Origin: an uncultured Planctomycetota bacterium
GTDB lineage: Bacteria; Planctomycetota; Planctomycetia; Gemmatales; Gemmataceae
Length of the DNA: 64,000 bases
Assembly (NCBI GenBank): GCA_963849325.1
Contig: CAWKHF010000006.1
Coordinates: 1 to 64,000 of the forward strand
Direction of reading: 5' to 3'
Below the pieces are notes generated by a model. The model had not been told where the DNA came from, made no database searches, and worked only from the letters and a program-made list of their open reading frames with translations. The position numbers were made by a program, and so were the translations under genes. Positions within the stretch are counted from its first letter, which is position 1. The number at the start of each line of letters is the position of its first letter. Below are positions 59,311 through 64,000 of the stretch, one piece after another.

Positions 59311-59350
59311 AGAAGTTATCCCTGGATGCGCCTTTTTTGGAGTCGCCTGC

Positions 59351-61765
59351 ATGAATCGGCTCATCAGGTGTGTGGCTCCCTGGCTGATAGCGTTGACCAT
59401 CGTATCCACTGTTTCGCCGAGCGTGCGCGCCGAGAGCCGAGACGACGAGCAGACGCTGCACGACGCCGGCCTGGCCGGCGATGGTCCCGCGCTGTTGGCC
59501 TTCTTCCACGCGCGGGCGCGAACCGACGTCGATCCCGATCGCCTTCGCGTCTTGCTCCGCCAGTTCGCCGCTTCTTCCAACCGCGAGCGCAGCCTGGCCA
59601 CGGCCGAATTTCTCGGTCTGGGTTCGCTCGCCGTGCCCGTGCTGCGCCGCGCCGTCAACGACCTCAACGAGCCGGAGGTCGCCCGCCGCGCGGCCCACTG
59701 CCTGCGCTGGCTGGAAGGTCCACCCGCCTCGACGCTGCCGGCCGCCGCCGCCCGCGTGCTGGCCGAACACAAGCCCGAAGGCGGCGCCGAGGCGCTGCTG
59801 GACTACCTGCCGTTCGCCGACAATGCCGAGGTGCTGCGGGCCGTCACCGCTGCTCTCGCCGCCGTTGCCGCTCCCAACGGCAAGCCCGAGCCATCGCTGC
59901 TGCGCGGCCTGAACGATCCGATCGCCGTTCGCCGCGCCGTCGCTGGCGTCGCCCTGTGCCGCGCCAATCCGCCCGACCAGATCCCCGCCGTCCGCCATCT
60001 CCTCAAAGATCCAGCTCCGGGTGTGCGTCTGCGCACCGCCCTGGCCCTGGCGGAGTCCCACGACGCCGAAGCCATCCCGGTACTTATTGAACTGCTGGCG
60101 GATTTGCCCATCGAGCCGCGGCATCGCGTTGAGGAGTTTCTGACGCAGTTGGCTGGCGAGTCGGCGCCGGCCGCCCACTTCCAGGGCGAGGACGAGATCG
60201 CCCGCAAGATCCGCCGCGACGCCTGGGCCGCCTGGTGGCGCAACACCGACGGCGACGCCCTGCTGGCCGCCATCCGCAAACGGACGTTGACGGCCGAGGA
60301 CCGCGACAAGATCCGCGGCCTGCTCGCCAAGCTCGGCTCGGAGGACTTCGCTTCGCGGGAGGCGGCCTCGAAGGAACTGTTCGCTCTCGGTCGCCGGAGC
60401 CTGCCGCAGCTGCGCGAAGCGACCACGGACAAGGACGCCGAGGTATCGCGTCGCGCCAAGCACTTGATCGAGCGCATTGAGTTGGAGCCGTCGTATCACT
60501 TGCCGGCGGCGGCTCTTCGCTTGTTGGCGGTTCGCAAGCCGGCCGGCTCGGTCGAGGCGCTGCTGGCTTATCTGCCCTACGCCGAGGACGAAACCTTCAG
60601 CGCCGAGGCGCGGAAATCTCTCCTCGTCCTGGCCCTGCGCGAGGGCAAGCTCGATGCCGCTCTGGTACGCGCCCTGTCGGATACCCAAGCGGCGATCCGC
60701 TCCACGGCGGCGGAGGCGTTGGCCAAAGGCGGCGGCGAGGCGGGGCGCAAGGCCGTCCGCAAGTTGCTCACGGATGCCGTGCCCGAGGTGCGCCTGCGCG
60801 TCGCCCTGGCCCTGGCCCGGGTCAAGGAGCGCGCGGCCATCCCCGTGATGATTGATCTGCTCCCCGTGCTGCCGGGCGAATACGTCGGACAGGTGGAGGA
60901 AGCCCTTTATCAACTGGCCGGCGACACGGCCCCGCAAGTCGCGCTGGGCACGGAGTCGGCCGACCGCCGCAAATGCCGCGATGCCTGGGCCGCCTGGTGG
61001 AAAGTCAACGCTCCGCTCGTCGATCTCGGACGCTTGACCGAGAGTCCGTTGCTCGGCTACACGCTCATCTGCGATGCCGACCGCGTTGTGGAGGTCGATC
61101 GGCAGGGCAAGACGCGCTGGAGCATCGGCAACTTGCAGTTCCCCACCGACGCCTGGGTGCTGCCCGGCAATCGCGTCCTCATCACCGAGTGGAACGCTTG
61201 CCGCGTCACGGAACGCGACAGGAAAGGCAACGTCCTGTGGAAGAAAGACGGACTGCCCAGCAACCCCGTCTACGCGCAACGCTTGCCCAATGGCCATACG
61301 TTCATTGCCGTTAAAACGGGTCTGATGCTCGAAGTGGATCGTGCCGGTAAAGAGATTTATAAGATCGACAAAATACCCGACGTGCTGTACGCCTATCGCT
61401 CGCGGCGAGGCAACATCGTCTGCCTGACGCAAAAAGGCCAATGTCTTACCTTGGACACGACCGGCAACCCGCTGCGGAATTTCGCTATCCAATACCCCAT
61501 CGTCGCACGAGGCGGTCTCGATCTGCTGTCGGATGGCCGCATACTCATCGCTTCCGAGCAGGCGGGCAAAGTGATGGAGTACGATAGCCAGGGCAAACGG
61601 CTGCACGAATGGGACGTGCCGCAGGCAACGACGGCGACCGGCTTGCCCAACGGCCACCTTCTCGTCTCCAGTCAAAATGTCAACCGGGTCGTCGAACTGG
61701 ATCGTGCGGGAAAAATCGTCTGGGAACAAACCAACGTCGCGGCTTATCGAGCGCGGCGAAGATGA
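59351..61765 (+). CDS. Secreted HEAT-repeat plus beta-propeller protein, paralog 2
   Basis: Same architecture as paralog 1. Confidence 0.82.
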   Translation: MNRLIRCVAPWLIALTIVSTVSPSVRAESRDDEQTLHDAGLAGDGPALLAFFHARARTDVDPDRLRVLLRQFAASSNRERSLATAEFLGLGSLAVPVLRRAVNDLNEPEVARRAAHCLRWLEGPPASTLPAAAARVLAEHKPEGGAEALLDYLPFADNAEVLRAVTAALAAVAAPNGKPEPSLLRGLNDPIAVRRAVAGVALCRANPPDQIPAVRHLLKDPAPGVRLRTALALAESHDAEAIPVLIELLADLPIEPRHRVEEFLTQLAGESAPAAHFQGEDEIARKIRRDAWAAWWRNTDGDALLAAIRKRTLTAEDRDKIRGLLAKLGSEDFASREAASKELFALGRRSLPQLREATTDKDAEVSRRAKHLIERIELEPSYHLPAAALRLLAVRKPAGSVEALLAYLPYAEDETFSAEARKSLLVLALREGKLDAALVRALSDTQAAIRSTAAEALAKGGGEAGRKAVRKLLTDAVPEVRLRVALALARVKERAAIPVMIDLLPVLPGEYVGQVEEALYQLAGDTAPQVALGTESADRRKCRDAWAAWWKVNAPLVDLGRLTESPLLGYTLICDADRVVEVDRQGKTRWSIGNLQFPTDAWVLPGNRVLITEWNACRVTERDRKGNVLWKKDGLPSNPVYAQRLPNGHTFIAVKTGLMLEVDRAGKEIYKIDKIPDVLYAYRSRRGNIVCLTQKGQCLTLDTTGNPLRNFAIQYPIVARGGLDLLSDGRILIASEQAGKVMEYDSQGKRLHEWDVPQATTATGLPNGHLLVSSQNVNRVVELDRAGKIVWEQTNVAAYRARRR

Positions 61766-61779
61766 CACGGTGAGGAGAG

Positions 61780-64000
61780 ATGGACATGCTGCGAAAGTCT
61801 GGTATCGGAATGGCGGTCCTTTCCGTCATGGTCACCGTGTCCTCCGCAAGGACGGAACCCCCGTCGGCGCAGGCGCGCTCCGCCCTCGCTCCCGTGGCCG
61901 ACAAGAACGACGAGCAGACGCTGCACGAGGCCGGTCTGTCCAGCGATGGCGCCGCTCTCCTTGCCTACTTCCACGCGCGCGCACGCACCGACATCGAACC
62001 GGACCACCTCCGCATCCTGCTCCGCCAGTTCGCCGCTCCTTCCAACCGCGAGCGCAGCTTGGCCACGGCCGAATTTCTCGGCCTGGGTCCGCTCGCCGTG
62101 CCCGTCCTGCGCCGCGCCGCCAACGACCTCAACGAGCCGGAGGTCGCCCGCCGCGCGGCCCACTGCCTGCGCTGGCTGGAAGGTCCGCCGGCCTCGACGC
62201 TGCCGGCCGCCGCCGCCCGCGTCCTGGCCCAACGCCAGCCCGAAGGCGGCGCCGCGGCGCTGCTGGACTACCTGCCGTTCGCCGACAATGCCGAAGTGCT
62301 GCGGGCCGTCACCGCCGCTCTCGCCGCCGTCGCCGCTCCCCACGGCAAGCCGGAGCCGTCGCTGCTGCGCGGCCTGAACGATCCGATCGCCGTTCGCCGT
62401 GCCGCCGCCGGCGTCGCCCTGTGCCGCGTCAATCCGCCTGACCAGATCCCCGCCGTCCGCCATCTCCTCCAAGATCCAGCTCCGGGCGTGCGTCTGCGCG
62501 CCGCTCTGGCCCTGGCGGAGTCCCACGACGCCGAAGCCATCCCGATACTTATTGAACTGCTGGCGGATTTGCCCATCGAGCCGCGGCATCGCGTTGAGGA
62601 GTTTCTGACGCAGTTGGCCGGCGAATGGGCGCCGGCCGCCCACTTCCAGGGCGAGGACGAGATCGCCCGCAAGATCCGCCGCGACGCCTGGGCCGCCTGG
62701 TGGCGCAACACCGACGGCGACGCTCTGCTGGCCGCCATCCGCAAACGGACGCGGACGACCGAGGACCGCGACAAGATCCGCGGCCTGCTCGCCAAGCTCG
62801 GCTCGGAGGACTTCGCTTCGCGGGAAGCGGCGACGACGGAACTGTTCGCCCTGGGTCGCCGCAGTTTGCCGCAGCTGCGCGAAGCGGCCCAAAGCAAGGA
62901 TGCCGAGATAGCGCACCGGGCCAGGGAGTTGACGGAGCGCATCGAGCAGGAGCCGAGCCATCGTCTGCCGGCGGCGGCGATCCGTCTGCTGGCCATGCGC
63001 AAGCCGGCCGGCTCGGTCGGAGCGCTCCTGGCCTACCTGCCCTTCGCCGAGGACGAGAACCTTGTCGCCGAGGTACAGAAGTCGCTGACCGCCCTGGCCC
63101 GGCGCGACGGCAAGCTCGACCCGATGCTGGTGCGGACCCTGGCGGACCCTCAGCCGCATGCTGCGGGCGACGGCGGCGGAGGCGTTGGCCAAGGGCGGCG
63201 GCGCCGACGGCCGCGACGCCGCCCGCAAGCTGCTCAAGGACGCGACGCCCACCGTCCGCCTGCGCACCGCCCTCGCCTTGGCGATGGTCAAGGACGGCGA
63301 AGGCGTTCCGGTATTGATCGACCTGCTCACCGTCCTGTCGGCCGACCACGTGGGGCAGGCCGAGGACGCTCTGTACCAGCTGGCCGGCGACACGGCCCCG
63401 GAAGTGTCGCTGGGCACCGAGGCGGCCGAGAAAAAGAAGTGCCGCGATGCCTGGGCCGCCTGGTGGAAAGTCAACGCCGCCCGCGTCGATCTGGGCCGGC
63501 TAACGTCGCGCGTCTGGCTGGGCTACACGCTGCTGTGCGATTGCAGCAACAACCGCGTCTACGAGGTCAACCGCGACGGCAAACAGCGCTGGTCCATCAA
63601 CAACGTCCCCTTCCCCGTGGACGCCTGGGTGCTGCCGGGCAATCGCGTCCTCATCGCCGAGTACAACGGCCGGCAGCATCACCGAGCGCGATTTCAAGGG
63701 CAAGGTGTTCTGGTCCAAGGAAGGTCTGCCCAGCCAGCCGGTCAACGTGCAGCGGCTGCGCAGCGGCAACACCTTCATCGCCACCGATTCGCAGCTTGTG
63801 GAGGTGGACCGCACCGGCAAGGAAGTGTACGCGATCCACAACGTGCCCGGCGGCATCACCGCCGCCTATCGGCGCGCAACGGCAACATCGTCTGTTCTGA
63901 CCCAGAACGGCCAGTGCGTGCTCATGGACACGACCGGCAAGCAGCTCAAGAGCTTCGCGTCCAACCGGCAAGCCGGTTGGACCAGCGGCATCGACCTGCT
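61780..64000 (+). CDS. Secreted HEAT-repeat plus beta-propeller protein, paralog 3 (frameshifted, runs off the window)
   Basis: N-terminal ~1 kb nearly identical to paralog 2. Confidence 0.8.

Noticed and set aside
56603-61768. 1721-aa minus-strand ORF and other long antisense ORFs (e.g. 4238..5953, 8222..10282)
   Set aside because: These are shadow ORFs of high-GC genes on the opposite strand and carry no recognisable motifs.

Overview
High-GC bacterial chromosome segment. It is most likely from a Planctomycetota (Gemmataceae-like) genome, judging by an ECF sigma factor fused to WD40 repeats, an LEDRxLPS-leader secreted protease, DUF1080, DUF4058, a sulfatase and HEAT/beta-propeller proteins. 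Many genes, including core metabolic ones, are broken by single-base frameshifts, which most likely reflect indel errors in a long-read assembly. Housekeeping content includes korAB flanked by two CBS-domain genes, a SurA-like PPIase, an S9 peptidase, tRNA-Ala(GGC), cystathionine beta-synthase plus gamma-lyase/synthase, and a DAC-domain protein. The most striking accessory feature is a ~15 kb single-strand cluster (about 24.0-39.0 kb) encoding a complete HK97-type head and packaging module: TerL, portal, prohead protease, capsid, decoration/spike-like proteins and adaptor. The cluster has no recognisable tail, integrase or replication genes. It continues with a KTSC-Ig protein, Cys-rich and membrane proteins, a C39-like peptidase, ParB, an ABC-ATPase/GNAT fusion and a displaced TerS-like gene. 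It carries the same intergenic repeat families as the host, which suggests a domesticated, tailless, GTA-like capsid system. Other notable items: an attC/toxin-antitoxin cassette array without an integrase (46.9-48.3 kb), a free-standing PD-(D/E)XK homing-endonuclease-like gene overlapping the tRNA, a MITE-like element, a tandem trio of HEAT-propeller paralogs, and several palindromic and heptamer repeat families.
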